DNA of 64,000 nucleotides from Chiloscyllium plagiosum (taxonomy: Eukaryota). A program made the position numbers and the translations under genes. The stretch lies in the NCBI RefSeq assembly GCF_004010195.1, contig NC_057718.1, positions 8,476,494 through 8,540,493 of the forward strand, read 5' to 3'. The notes beneath the pieces were generated by a model. The model did not search any database. It saw nothing but the letters and a program-made list of their open reading frames with translations, and was not told where the DNA came from. Below, one piece after another: positions 63,070 through 64,000 of the stretch (position 1 is its first letter; every line of letters begins with the position of its first letter).

Positions 63070-64000
63070 TTTGGGTCCATTACGTAGATGACACCTCTGT
63101 CATCACAAAACGAAACAAATTAGAGGAAACCTACAACATCATCAACAATATCCTAACTGCATAAAATTCATAAAAGAGGAGAACAACAACAGACTGAACG
63201 AAAAGCCAATGGAGAGCTGCAGACCTGCATCTACAGGAAAGCAACATACACAGACCAGATACTCAACTACAGGAGCAATCATCCCAACTTCCACAAACAG
63301 AGCTGCATTAGGACATTATTTAAACAGGCCACAACACACTGCAGCACCCAGGAACAAGAGTACCAGAAGAAAAATACCTATACAGCGCATTCAATAAGAG
63401 CAGGCCCCAATAAACACAGTCCGTCGATTCCTAAACAACAAACCCAAACGAGCAGACACAATGTGCCCAGGGACTGTAGCCACATTACCTTACAGCAAAG
63501 ACATTTCGGAAATGACTACCAGACTACTCCAACCCCCTTGGCATCATGGTAGCCCACAAACCTACCAACACACTTAAACAGCAGCTGATGAACCTAAAGG
63601 ACCCTATATCAACAATCAGAAAAACTAACGTCTTTTACAAAATACCAGGCAAGAACTGTAACACACACTACATCAGACAGACAGGCAAAACACGAGCCAC
63701 CAGGATACATGAACATCAACTAGCCACCAAAAGACATGACCAGTTATCACTAGTATCCATACATACAGACGAAGAAGAACAGCACTTCAACTGGGACAAC
63801 CACCCTGGGACAGGCTAAACAGAGACGAGCATGGGAATTCCTAGATGCTTGGCATTCAAACCGGAACTCCATTAATAAACACATTGATTTACACCCCATT
63901 TACCAATCTCTGAGAAAAAGAACCAGAAATGATATCACCCACCACAACAGAGCAAGACACATAAATAGCAAGCGGTACAGAACACCAGCGCTTCACTGCA
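63070..64000 (+). mobile_element. Penelope-like element (a further family, Poseidon-like) RT to GIY-YIG remnant
   Basis: WVHYVDDT at 63072; NVFYKIPGKNCNTHYIRQTGK...RIHEH; no Cys-rich linker seen. Confidence 0.85.

Overview
Eukaryotic, repeat-dense vertebrate DNA, most likely from a shark or other elasmobranch (HE1/V-SINEs, SacSINE1-like Deu-SINEs, HER1/CR1 LINEs). The only host coding sequence I can support is the terminal exon of a neuromedin-B-receptor-type GPCR (21263-21649, +). Everything upstream is probably its last intron and the 42 kb downstream shows no gene. The rest is mostly decayed mobile DNA: CR1 LINEs, at least five SINE families, several Penelope-like element (PLE) families, one Gmr1-like LTR retrotransposon (protease followed directly by integrase), solo LTRs and a Tc1/mariner-type MITE. 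There are two assembly gaps. Best signals: (1) three PLE terminal-repeat families each carry a minimal hammerhead-ribozyme core with compensatory helix changes, and two of them also occur as 100-210 bp fold-back insertions with 12-14 bp TSDs; (2) two locally templated DNA captures; (3) nested insertions whose TSDs can be read directly. All family names come from recall and eye alignment, not database searches, and repeat boundaries are approximate unless a TSD is quoted.
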